Positions 1-8,934 of a DNA stretch of 20,000 bases are shown here, one piece after another. The number at the start of each line of letters is the position of its first letter. Position 1 is the stretch's first letter. Position numbers and translations under genes: made by a program. The notes under the pieces were generated by a model. The model saw only the letters and a list, made by a program, of their open reading frames with translations, did not search any database and was not told where the DNA came from. The stretch is from an uncultured virus (IMG/VR IMGVR_UViG_3300020195_000012) (lineage: Duplodnaviria; Heunggongvirae; Uroviricota; Caudoviricetes). The stretch lies in IMG/VR virus record IMGVR_UViG_3300020195_000012, one strand, 5' to 3'.

Positions 1-1
1 G

Positions 2-3000
2 TCCAAGTCCGAACGAAGGTTAGTGGAAAAGAAGCTTGAAGAACTTATTAAAATTCAAAAAGACCCAACTAAAGGCAAAAAAGAATTTGACGCGAAAGTT
101 GCGGAATTGGCTCTTCTTGGTGAAAGAAGTTCTAAAATAGCCGAAAAGAAACGTGAAAAAGAAGTACGTGATTCCAGAATCAAAGAGATTGCAGACAAAG
201 GACGTACTTTTATTGAGTACGCACAAATGCTTGCTCCAAGTAGAGCAGGAATAGGAACTAAATTTGATCCAATGGCAGAAGCTGCGAGAGTTCGTGATGA
301 AACTCACGCATGGACGCAAGGCATTCACGAACAAATGTCTCAAAGTTTCGGCATGAGAGGAACAATGCTGGATCGTGGAGACCATGTAGGACCAGGAGAT
401 CAATATCGAAAAGCAACAGAAGGACTCAAAGGATTTTTTGAAGAAGCAAATGATCTTGCTACCGGAACTATCAGCAAAGGCGTTCTCGGAGGTGAAGCAT
501 ACTCGCGTGGAGGTGGTGGATATGGTAGTGGGACTACCTTAAAAGGAGCAACAGGTAAAGAAGTTGGTGGGATGTCATCTTTTGACGTCACTGGACAAAA
601 GACCGACAAAATACAAAAAGTCCTTCTCAAAAATACACAACGTGGCGTTACATCACTAAGCCGTTGGGTTTCACTCAGTAGACAAGGTCTTCAACTTGGA
701 ACTATGATCGGTGCTGATGCAGAACATACAGCAGAAGAACTAACTGATTGGCATCTTCAGATGGGAATGACCGTCGATCAAACATCCCAATACTCTAGAG
801 ACTTACAGACAGTCAGTAAAGTAACTGGCGTTACAGGCGATAAACTACTTGAAGCTGCAAAGAATGGTCGTTCGCTGGCAGACAGTATGCGAAGTGCTGG
901 TACATTGACGAGTGAGGCAGCGAAGAACTTGACTCAGTTTTCAGCAGCAGCATCTCGACGTGGAACTGACAAGATTGTTCAGCCTTTAATTGATGCTTTG
1001 AGTAGTACAGTCAATTTGTTTGATAGTGCTGATCCTGCTACATTTGCGTTGGCGATGCGTTCTGCGCAAATAGGTGGTGGACCAAAACTAATGACTTCTT
1101 TGCAAGCAGGAACTATACCACAAGACCCGAAACAAATGAAGGCATTTGCTCAAGGTTTACGTGGTGTGATGATGCAAATGACGGGTGGTCGTGAACTCAA
1201 TCAAATTGGTCCAGAAGAATTAGCGCAATTGAATTTGGCTGCAAAGAGTGCATATGGTAAGCAACTTAAAGAAATGGAAATGGGTGCTGATACTTTTGAA
1301 GAAGGCAGTATGTCTGTAGCCGAAAAGCTTGAAAAGATAGAAGCCACAATCAAAAAAGGAAATTTAACAGGTAAAGAACTTGAAGATTTAAACATTCAAG
1401 CAAATGCTTTGCTTGCTACACAACACACAGAAGATACGAATAATGCTCTTCGTAATCTTAATAGTATTACTGCCGAGATGAAGGGTGGAAAAACATTCGA
1501 TCAAGCGACAAAGACAGTAAGTGATCGAATTAATTATGTTAATCCAGATACTAAACTTCGTGAAAATATCAATCCCCAACAACAACTTGACAAAGTTATT
1601 GCAGGAATTGAAGCCAGTGCAAACAAATTAGAGGGACCAAGAGCGGAAGATCAAAAGCAACGCTTACTTGCTCGTGCGGCTGAGTTCAAAGAACGAAAAA
1701 CTACAATTGGTAGTGATCCAAAACAATTTGGATTGTTACTCAAGGACATGGATGATTTAATTCAAGCCAATCAAGTATTTGAGAAGCAATATCAACTGGA
1801 TCAGAGTACGTTTCAATTACGCAATCAAGAACGTGTTCAACGTGAATTTTTTGAGGATGAAATTCGCAAGGACTTGTTGTGGATGATGGCTTGGTCGCCA
1901 CCCAATGCATCTTTGGCTAATATTGCTATTGGTATCGCTGCTGGATTTGCTGGAATGCTTGAAATACTAATCAAAATACTATTGGCATTTGTCGGATTTT
2001 CTATACTTGGTAAAGCAATAGGAGCTTTAGCAAGCGTATTAGGCGGTCTTGGTTCAGTTATAGCTCCCAGCGCACTGGGAAGTGCTGCGGCTTTTCTAGG
2101 TGGACCTTTGTTAGTAGCCGGTGTTGGAGGTGCTGTTGTTGTTGGCGTTGGTCAATACCTTTCATCAAAATCCAAAAAAAAAGAGGAAGAACAATGGAAA
2201 GACCTTGGTACAGAACACTCAGCTGTTCGAGACTCTTTTCAACCTGTAATTGACGCAGAAAAAGACCCAAAGCGCAAAGCGCTATTAGAAAAAAAACTAC
2301 AGCTCGAACTAGATGTTAAAGCAGAACGAAAAAATCTGGAAGTATGGAAAACCAGAAGTGATGATCCGGAAACAATGGCACAAAGAACTGCTGAACGACT
2401 AGCGAATCTTTTTAGAAGGCGTGAGCGTGATTATGCAGTTCCAAATGGGCAATTAGAAATGGATGCCAACGTAGAAAAAGAACGAAATGAAGCTGTAATG
2501 GCAATACAAGCACGATTAGATGAATCTATCAAAGAATTAAAAGCATACAAACCAGACAATCGACAAGCAGTAAAAGGGTTGGGTTCTGATACCGCACAAA
2601 TATTTGAGGTAAATGCAAATCTCAATGCTGAAATAGCAAAACGTGGTCAAGAACTCAACCGTGCAGAACAAAGCGCGGCACTTGAAGTAGTCGGGGTTTG
2701 GAGTGCAAGGAGCGAGCAGGAGAAAATTAGTGCGCGCTTCTATTGGAGAAATTGGAGAAAAGCAAATAACCTGGCTCATCGATCACATGAGGATGCGGAC
2801 GTTGATTACATATTGTTCAAACAGTTCATCACAGAACAAATGGCAGCCAGACGTAATGATCCATCTAATCCTATCAATGTAGCACAGTCAAGTCTGAATT
2901 CAGCAGAACAAACACATAGCGATGTTGTTTGGGGAGGAGGAGAAAATATTGGAAATAAACTAGCGGAAATGATGCCCGCCATTGATCCAAAACTTCAAGA

Positions 3001-6000
3001 AACACTGAAACGACATCTTACACATATAGGCGCTCTACGAATCGACCGTGGAGAAACCTGGGACAAAGGACAAGATGTTATTGATTTGTTCAAGAAAATG
3101 AAAAAAGAATTAGGTGGATTTGAAATTGAAACCCACGTAAAAGAAGCTTTGCCAATGTTAGAAACCGCATCTTCCCACCAAAAAGATTTACGCACATGGG
3201 AAAGCACTCTCAAGGCACACCAGGACAAAATACGAAATTATGAAGACGCAATTAAAAATGCGATAAACAATCCAGAATTACTAAAATCGATTAATGAGAA
3301 ATGGGCTAAGGATGAATACCAACCACTTGATGAATTGAAGAGATTGATTGAAGGAACAAAAGAGATGGCAGCTATCACACAAAGATCAATGGCTGCGATC
3401 ACGCCAGCCGCAGCAGCACCACCAGTGCCAGGAGCAGTTGTACCACCAGTGCCAGGAGCAGTTGTACCACCAGTGCCAGGAGCAGTTGTACCACCAGTGC
3501 CAGGAGCAGTTGTACCACCAGTGCCAGGAGCAGTTGTACCACCACCATCGCCACCAACACCATTTATTGGATTGTTTGATAATTTGCTTCCTATGATTAT
3601 ATCTCAAGCAGACAAAGCAAAAATAGAGGCAGATAAAAAAACAGCAGAAGCAGCAGCGGCCGCCAAAAAAGCCGAAGGAGAAGGACTCTCTATTTTCGGC
3701 ATGAAGCTATCTGATATGGTAATCAAGATAAAAGAAGCCAATATCGAATCTGCTAATATCAATAATGCAATAATAAAGGGATTAAGTGGAATACAAATGC
3801 CACTATCTCCAATGCCCGCATATGGAACAGCACCACCCGGAACACCCGGACAGTCCTACGTCATGCCACTTAGCAACAATGCAGTTCCAACGCCAAATCA
3901 ACCTACTGCACCAAATGCCCCATCAGAACCTCGTAATTTTGTACAAAAAGGGTTTGATTGGAGCAAAGATGTAGTCATTGATACTCTAGCTCCAGCTGGA
4001 TTTCAAAAAACTCTTGAGTCATTAAAATCAATTGAACAACAAGGAAGTAATCAAGGTAATATACCATCATTAACATCTAGACCTGGAGAGGGCGGCAAAA
4101 TCAGTCATGGGGCTATGATTGATGAAATGAACGCAGGCGAACGTATTGTACTTGCTAAAAAACTTAATGTTTCTGAAGAAAACTTGAAAAAAATGTCGAC
4201 ATTAGACATTTACAAAAGAATGTCTGTCGCTCCGGATTTATCTACAGAAGCAACTAAATTTCGTTCTAAAATTGAAGAAAAATTCATTCCAAAACATGAA
4301 AAAATCGAACACAAAGACTTGTGGAACAAAATTGATCCAAAAACTCAAGAATACATATTGCAAAATGCAGAAATGACCAAAGAAGAAGCATTATCAATGC
4401 CAACAGAAAAATTCAAGAGCAAAATTGAAAGTTTCAATCCGGAAGGGGTAATGGGGCAAGGAGAGGCAGGTAAAAAAAGAGAGAAAAAAGTAAAAGAATT
4501 ACAAGCAGACGTTCGCACAATTACTGCACCCAAACCTGTACCTGCAACAGACAAAAATTCAATTGCAGTAGCAGGAGGAACAGCACGTGAAACCGGAACG
4601 GCAAAAGCTGGACAAATCGGAAGTGTTGCTACACCAACTGACAGAGTATCTGGAAAAGATATACTTTACTTCCAAAACGTTAATGCAATTGAAGATATGC
4701 TTTGGTCATACAGACCAGACATAGACTTACTCAAGTCCCACGAAATTGCTATCAAAACTTATGAAGATTATCGCGTACTCGCAAAAAATGGGAAAGTAGA
4801 ATCAGACACATTGCGCAAATTGCTTGATACTAACCTCAATGCTGCCACAGGGCAATTTTTGGGTACAACTCCAACGCCACCACTGGCGGAAGGAAAAGGC
4901 ATTGCCGCCCCTACAACACCTGGGATTGTTGGACCACCAGCACCATTGAAAATCTCTGGTAATACTTACGGAATCGCACCAACTCCAGAAGTTGCACCAG
5001 CGCCAAGAGCCGCAGGAACACCACAACCCGTTATAGACGATCCAGCAGAGCAAGCATTTGAAAAAGCTGCATCAGGAGCAGCAATGCCACCAGTACCATT
5101 GCCACCTGAATTCAAAGATGAATTGAATCTTGGTAAGAAATCGTGGACAGGTGAAATGGGAGATAATACTCGTATTTTCCAAATGGACCAAGATGAAAAG
5201 AAACGAAAACGTCAAGGGTACATTGGTGATCTTGGAACTTGGATGAAAACCACTGGGGGAGCAGGCGGTGTAGATGATACTTGGTCTAAATGGGAAGATG
5301 GAAAATGGGGAAAATCATCACTGCACAGTCCAGATGAACAAAAGAAACTCAAAGAAGCAGGCAAACTCAAGAGCGAAAAACCACTTGAGTATTATGATAT
5401 CAATGCAGCATCAGCACTCGGAGCCAATCCAGCAGGAGGTGGATTTGAAAAGAAAATAACAGACATTACCAAACGTATAGAATCACCAGGAGATACTACA
5501 GAATCAGGAATTGACATTGAGAAAATAATAAAATCAATGTTGACCAAATCAGCATACAATTTATCTCCAGAAGAATTAGAAGAATTCATAAAGAAATTTG
5601 AAAACTTCGATAAAATGTTCACAATGCCTCTAGCCCCAACAGACATAATTCCGTGGCTAAATGAGCCAGAAGCAAAGTCTGTCACCGAAAAGGAACCCGA
5701 AACAGCATCATCTACCAAGCCAGGAAGTGTTGGAGACTATGCTTACACAAAGGAAATGACAGACGTAAACGCCGTTGAAATAACCGGACCTCTCAACGAT
5801 GCCGTCAATCACCTAACAGAAATTGAATCAAATACACGTGAAACTGCTCAGGAAACTAGAAACGTAAGAGAACTCATGCAGAAACTCGTTGCCGCAATGA
5901 CTACCCCACGAAGCGAAAGCCGCAGCAACGGAATTGCACCAGGCGATCCTTCTACCGACAATAGACCAGGAAGTCCTCCTAACTACTACACCTGGGCACT

Positions 6001-6055
6001 AGATATGACAATGTCACCAAATCTAGGCGCAAGACGACCTAATGGAGTCACGTAA
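2..6055 (+). CDS. Giant tape-measure-like / tail-associated protein (>2010 aa, 5'-truncated by the window edge)
   Basis: The frame has no stop from position 2 (tcc aag tcc gaa cga agg tta gtg...), so the real start lies upstream. It has a long Ala/Gly/Lys/Glu helical N-terminal part, a Gly/Ala-rich hydrophobic stretch (LANIAIGIAAGFAG...GGAVVVGVG, ~aa 635-712) typical of tape-measure proteins, and a low-complexity Pro-rich C-terminal half. The function is inferred. Confidence 0.65.
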   Translation, partial: SKSERRLVEKKLEELIKIQKDPTKGKKEFDAKVAELALLGERSSKIAEKKREKEVRDSRIKEIADKGRTFIEYAQMLAPSRAGIGTKFDPMAEAARVRDETHAWTQGIHEQMSQSFGMRGTMLDRGDHVGPGDQYRKATEGLKGFFEEANDLATGTISKGVLGGEAYSRGGGGYGSGTTLKGATGKEVGGMSSFDVTGQKTDKIQKVLLKNTQRGVTSLSRWVSLSRQGLQLGTMIGADAEHTAEELTDWHLQMGMTVDQTSQYSRDLQTVSKVTGVTGDKLLEAAKNGRSLADSMRSAGTLTSEAAKNLTQFSAAASRRGTDKIVQPLIDALSSTVNLFDSADPATFALAMRSAQIGGGPKLMTSLQAGTIPQDPKQMKAFAQGLRGVMMQMTGGRELNQIGPEELAQLNLAAKSAYGKQLKEMEMGADTFEEGSMSVAEKLEKIEATIKKGNLTGKELEDLNIQANALLATQHTEDTNNALRNLNSITAEMKGGKTFDQATKTVSDRINYVNPDTKLRENINPQQQLDKVIAGIEASANKLEGPRAEDQKQRLLARAAEFKERKTTIGSDPKQFGLLLKDMDDLIQANQVFEKQYQLDQSTFQLRNQERVQREFFEDEIRKDLLWMMAWSPPNASLANIAIGIAAGFAGMLEILIKILLAFVGFSILGKAIGALASVLGGLGSVIAPSALGSAAAFLGGPLLVAGVGGAVVVGVGQYLSSKSKKKEEEQWKDLGTEHSAVRDSFQPVIDAEKDPKRKALLEKKLQLELDVKAERKNLEVWKTRSDDPETMAQRTAERLANLFRRRERDYAVPNGQLEMDANVEKERNEAVMAIQARLDESIKELKAYKPDNRQAVKGLGSDTAQIFEVNANLNAEIAKRGQELNRAEQSAALEVVGVWSARSEQEKISARFYWRNWRKANNLAHRSHEDADVDYILFKQFITEQMAARRNDPSNPINVAQSSLNSAEQTHSDVVWGGGENIGNKLAEMMPAIDPKLQETLKRHLTHIGALRIDRGETWDKGQDVIDLFKKMKKELGGFEIETHVKEALPMLETASSHQKDLRTWESTLKAHQDKIRNYEDAIKNAINNPELLKSINEKWAKDEYQPLDELKRLIEGTKEMAAITQRSMAAITPAAAAPPVPGAVVPPVPGAVVPPVPGAVVPPVPGAVVPPVPGAVVPPPSPPTPFIGLFDNLLPMIISQADKAKIEADKKTAEAAAAAKKAEGEGLSIFGMKLSDMVIKIKEANIESANINNAIIKGLSGIQMPLSPMPAYGTAPPGTPGQSYVMPLSNNAVPTPNQPTAPNAPSEPRNFVQKGFDWSKDVVIDTLAPAGFQKTLESLKSIEQQGSNQGNIPSLTSRPGEGGKISHGAMIDEMNAGERIVLAKKLNVSEENLKKMSTLDIYKRMSVAPDLSTEATKFRSKIEEKFIPKHEKIEHKDLWNKIDPKTQEYILQNAEMTKEEALSMPTEKFKSKIESFNPEGVMGQGEAGKKREKKVKELQADVRTITAPKPVPATDKNSIAVAGGTARETGTAKAGQIGSVATPTDRVSGKDILYFQNVNAIEDMLWSYRPDIDLLKSHEIAIKTYEDYRVLAKNGKVESDTLRKLLDTNLNAATGQFLGTTPTPPLAEGKGIAAPTTPGIVGPPAPLKISGNTYGIAPTPEVAPAPRAAGTPQPVIDDPAEQAFEKAASGAAMPPVPLPPEFKDELNLGKKSWTGEMGDNTRIFQMDQDEKKRKRQGYIGDLGTWMKTTGGAGGVDDTWSKWEDGKWGKSSLHSPDEQKKLKEAGKLKSEKPLEYYDINAASALGANPAGGGFEKKITDITKRIESPGDTTESGIDIEKIIKSMLTKSAYNLSPEELEEFIKKFENFDKMFTMPLAPTDIIPWLNEPEAKSVTEKEPETASSTKPGSVGDYAYTKEMTDVNAVEITGPLNDAVNHLTEIESNTRETAQETRNVRELMQKLVAAMTTPRSESRSNGIAPGDPSTDNRPGSPPNYYTWALDMTMSPNLGARRPNGVT
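3419..3544 (+). repeat. Perfect in-frame tandem repeat, 24-nt unit CCACCAGTGCCAGGAGCAGTTGTA x5 plus partial (PPVPGAVV)
   Basis: Units start at 3419, 3443, 3467, 3491 and 3515, followed by CCACCA. All copies are identical and there are no spacers. Confidence 0.97.
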
Positions 6056-6082
6056 AATTACCTTTTACCGATATATACAAAT

Positions 6083-7372
6083 ATGAAATCACATGAAGGT
6101 ATGTTAATAGAAAAATACGGGTACAGATTCAAGGAATTCATTTGCTTCAAAGAAGGCAAAGAAAATCTTGAACAACCCCACATTATCAGTTCTGATTCAC
6201 CCATGAAGCTACCTGCTGGAATCACTCGCATCATCGAGGCGTTCAAAAAAAGCAAAGAAGTGCCAATTGGAAAGGAAGTCGATTCCAAGTCAGGAGGTGA
6301 AAAGGACGTCACCCTCAAGTCAAAGAAAATCTTCATCGTAGGCGAGGCTGTACGTGACTTCCTGCTCGGACACACACCAAGAACCTACGATATCGCTACA
6401 GATGCTCACCCAGATGAAGTCGAACGCATCATCAAACACGCCAAACCACCCATCCAAGTTGTCAAAAAAGATAGCAAAAATGGCGTCGTCAAAGTGTCTA
6501 TTGATGGCGAAACTTATAACATCGAAACCATGAAACTACCAGGCGACGACGAAGGAAATATAACTTTTACAACCAACCCAAAAGAAGATAGCGAACGTAA
6601 AGACGTAACAATAAACTCACTGTACTACGAACCATCCAGTAATAAGATTTACGACTATACAGGCGGGCTACGACACCTGAAAGATGGAACCATCAAAATG
6701 ATCGGCAAAGCCAAAGACCGAATCAAGAAAGATGGAATGAGTAAATTCCGCTACGCAAGAATGCTCAACAAAGTCCCTAATGCAAAAATGCACGACGACG
6801 ACAAAGAAGCAATGTCAGACGAAATAGATTCAGAATTGCCACCAGAAAAAATCCGAGACGAGTTCTGGCAGGGCATGGAAGACCTGCATACCAACGCAGC
6901 CAAATACCTGAAAACCTATAATGAAATGGGTCTGCTCAAACAAGTATTCCCAGGACTAGAATTGACCTTGGACTTCCCAGAATGCAAAACTTGTAAATCC
7001 AAGCCACTCGTTCTTGCAAGCCTGCTCAAGAATAACAAGCCAGTCAAATTGGTTGAGAAATTACGTGATCTCAAATACACAGACCGTGACATTAGAGATG
7101 CAGTGTTCTTAATCAATCTGTTACTGTTCAAGCCAGACTACATCTCAGACTTCAAAACTGAAATGACCAAGACAAGTCTAACCAAGCGACAAATAATGGA
7201 TTGGGCTAAGATCAATAACTTGGACACGAACATGATTGAAAAATTCTTGACACACCAAATTAGCACTGACCCCATGGATGTGCATGGAAGAGAAGGACTT
7301 GTCGGAAATGATCTAAAGGACCGAGTTCGTAGAATGGAAGCAATGGCATTTATGAAAGCTATGCGGACCTGA
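6083..7372 (+). CDS. Class II tRNA nucleotidyltransferase (CCA-adding/poly(A) polymerase family) homologue with degenerate active site
   Basis: IFIVGEAVRDFLLGHTPRTYDIATDAHPDEV matches motif A (VGGAVRD..LG..P.D.DIAT). EDSERKDVTINSLYY matches motif B (EDA.RRD.TINA). IYDYTGGLRHLKDGTIKMIG and PPEKIRDEF are also family-typical. Key residues are changed (see findings). Confidence 0.9.
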   Translation: MKSHEGMLIEKYGYRFKEFICFKEGKENLEQPHIISSDSPMKLPAGITRIIEAFKKSKEVPIGKEVDSKSGGEKDVTLKSKKIFIVGEAVRDFLLGHTPRTYDIATDAHPDEVERIIKHAKPPIQVVKKDSKNGVVKVSIDGETYNIETMKLPGDDEGNITFTTNPKEDSERKDVTINSLYYEPSSNKIYDYTGGLRHLKDGTIKMIGKAKDRIKKDGMSKFRYARMLNKVPNAKMHDDDKEAMSDEIDSELPPEKIRDEFWQGMEDLHTNAAKYLKTYNEMGLLKQVFPGLELTLDFPECKTCKSKPLVLASLLKNNKPVKLVEKLRDLKYTDRDIRDAVFLINLLLFKPDYISDFKTEMTKTSLTKRQIMDWAKINNLDTNMIEKFLTHQISTDPMDVHGREGLVGNDLKDRVRRMEAMAFMKAMRT

Positions 7373-7586
7373 TATAATTACCAGAACACCAAACGAGAAA
7401 CCTGTGAGTATTTTCTTTACTCGCAGGTTTTATTTTTTTGCAATCCGAAACTCCGTAAACACCAGTAATAATGTTTAAATTGTCTGCAATCATTACTCTA
7501 GTCGTGATTAAATTCTTTTGATTTGTTGTAATATCGATTATCCTTCCAAGACAATTAAGATATTCAACAATATCTCCAACCTTCAT
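7359..7586 (-). CDS. Small hypothetical protein (MKVGDIV start, possible SH3/KOW-like barrel)
   Basis: 75-aa ORF abutting the HNH gene; its 3' end overlaps the convergent nucleotidyltransferase gene by 14 nt. Confidence 0.6.
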   Translation of the reverse strand: MKVGDIVEYLNCLGRIIDITTNQKNLITTRVMIADNLNIITGVYGVSDCKKIKPASKENTHRFLVWCSGNYIRSA

Positions 7587-7587
7587 G

Positions 7588-7905
7588 TCAGACTCCAGGT
7601 CGATTCTTTATCTTTTCATGCCACAAAGCAACATCTGCCCTTACATCAGCATTCCAAGACTTCCACGACATCAAATGACCAAATGTGTAATGACAACGAT
7701 TGTGATTACAAAGCGTAATCAAATTATTAGGATCAAGTTCTTTTTCTGGATGAATGTGAAATGGCTCGATATGATGAACGTTTAAATCTTCAACTCCATC
7801 ACATATCACACAGTTAGGTTCTTTCTTGAGATGTTCTTGTTGAACTTTTCTCCAGCCTGGGGAACGTGGCGAACCGAAAAAATACTCTATAAATCTAGCT
7901 AGCAT
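7588..7905 (-). CDS. Small HNH endonuclease
   Basis: W...(EP)NCVIC...LNVHHIEPF...ELDPNNLITLC..RCH gives the CxxC...HH...N...C..CH pattern of small phage HNH nucleases. Confidence 0.9.
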   Translation of the reverse strand: MLARFIEYFFGSPRSPGWRKVQQEHLKKEPNCVICDGVEDLNVHHIEPFHIHPEKELDPNNLITLCNHNRCHYTFGHLMSWKSWNADVRADVALWHEKIKNRPGV

Positions 7906-7910
7906 AAAGA

Positions 7911-8126
7911 TTATATACGATTTGCAGCCAGCATATACTCGTGAATTTCTTCAGACGTTGGCTTGAAACAATACTCTTCTAACCACCAACTGCCATTGAC
8001 TTTACATCTCATTCCAGCGTCATACCAACAAATATCTTCAACCTTACCAACACGTCGTCTAGTCTTCCATCCAATTCTATTAGCGTCAGGGACAGAATAC
8101 AAAACAACAACAAGTTCGCCAATCAT
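7911..8126 (-). CDS. Hypothetical protein, paralogue of 8123-8341
   Basis: 71 aa, with RRVGKVEDICW...WWLEEYCFKPTSEEIHEY closely resembling its neighbour; 4-nt overlap. Confidence 0.8.
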   Translation of the reverse strand: MIGELVVVLYSVPDANRIGWKTRRRVGKVEDICWYDAGMRCKVNGSWWLEEYCFKPTSEEIHEYMLAANRI

Positions 8127-8341
8127 ATATTGTTTTTCCCCAACTTGTATGCGTGGATTTCTTCTCGTGTTGGATCAAAACAAAATTCCTCTGGAAGCCA
8201 AAAACTTGATTCTAAAAAATAGGATGCTTGGTCTCCAATTCCCCACGCGATGTCCGTCACTCTACAAACACGTCGTTTTATTTCAAATCCAGACTTAGTG
8301 GGAACAGATTCTTTGATAACAACAAGTTGAGTAATTTCCAT
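8123..8341 (-). CDS. Hypothetical protein, paralogue of 7911-8126
   Basis: 72 aa, with RRVCRVTDIAW...FWLPEEFCFDPTREEIHAY. Confidence 0.8.
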   Translation of the reverse strand: MEITQLVVIKESVPTKSGFEIKRRVCRVTDIAWGIGDQASYFLESSFWLPEEFCFDPTREEIHAYKLGKNNI

Positions 8342-8343
8342 GT

Positions 8344-8925
8344 TCAGCTCTCCAAGCCAATATAGACTGGAACTCCATCCTCAATTAATGTCATACTGGC
8401 ATTCGTGATTGTCATTGGCTCACGCCTGCCACCAAAGCACATTTGCCTAACCATATGCGTAATTGGAGTCATGTGACTCACAATGAAATAGTTCTTGTCC
8501 TTCTCTAATGAGGCAATAAAATCATTGATTCTGGTTCCGTAATCAGCATCAGACTCGTCATCGTAGTTGATGGTATTTTTGTTGCCAAACATGCTCCAAT
8601 CAAATAACGTATATTCACATGCCTTCTTGATAATCTCTGTTGATTGATGTTTGTGTACTGGTTCGGGGCTTTCGCCAATTCTTGTGTCAACACGAAACTT
8701 GACTCCGTTCATCGTCCAGAACTTGTAGGCAGTCTGCAAGCAACGATTGTACGGACTCACAATCCCAATGAAACTTTCAGGTTTTGCACCGATCTTCTCT
8801 CGACCCGCCAACGCCAAACGATGCGCTTGATCTTTACCACGCGGACTAAGATCGCTGTTAAATTGTTCGGTGCTGCCAGCATTGAACTGACTTTGCGCAT
8901 GCCGAACGAAGAAGATTTTTCCCAT
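8344..8925 (-). CDS. Histidine phosphatase (phosphoglycerate mutase-like, branch 1)
   Basis: N-terminal FFVRHAQS (RHG-type motif), DLSPRG..QA, SPYNRCLQTA, RIGE and IVSH. Confidence 0.9.
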   Translation of the reverse strand: MGKIFFVRHAQSQFNAGSTEQFNSDLSPRGKDQAHRLALAGREKIGAKPESFIGIVSPYNRCLQTAYKFWTMNGVKFRVDTRIGESPEPVHKHQSTEIIKKACEYTLFDWSMFGNKNTINYDDESDADYGTRINDFIASLEKDKNYFIVSHMTPITHMVRQMCFGGRREPMTITNASMTLIEDGVPVYIGLES

Positions 8926-8934
8926 TGCGTTCCC

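Noticed and set aside
23..25. GTG at 23 as the true start of the giant gene
   Set aside because: The frame is open to the window edge, so the gene most likely starts upstream.
3419..3544. 24-nt repeats as a CRISPR array
   Set aside because: The units are directly adjacent with no spacers, are in frame within a CDS, and no cas genes are present.
3348..3607. Alternative-frame ORFs with QCQEQLYH / WWYNCSWH repeats
   Set aside because: They are shadows of the tandem repeat inside the giant ORF.
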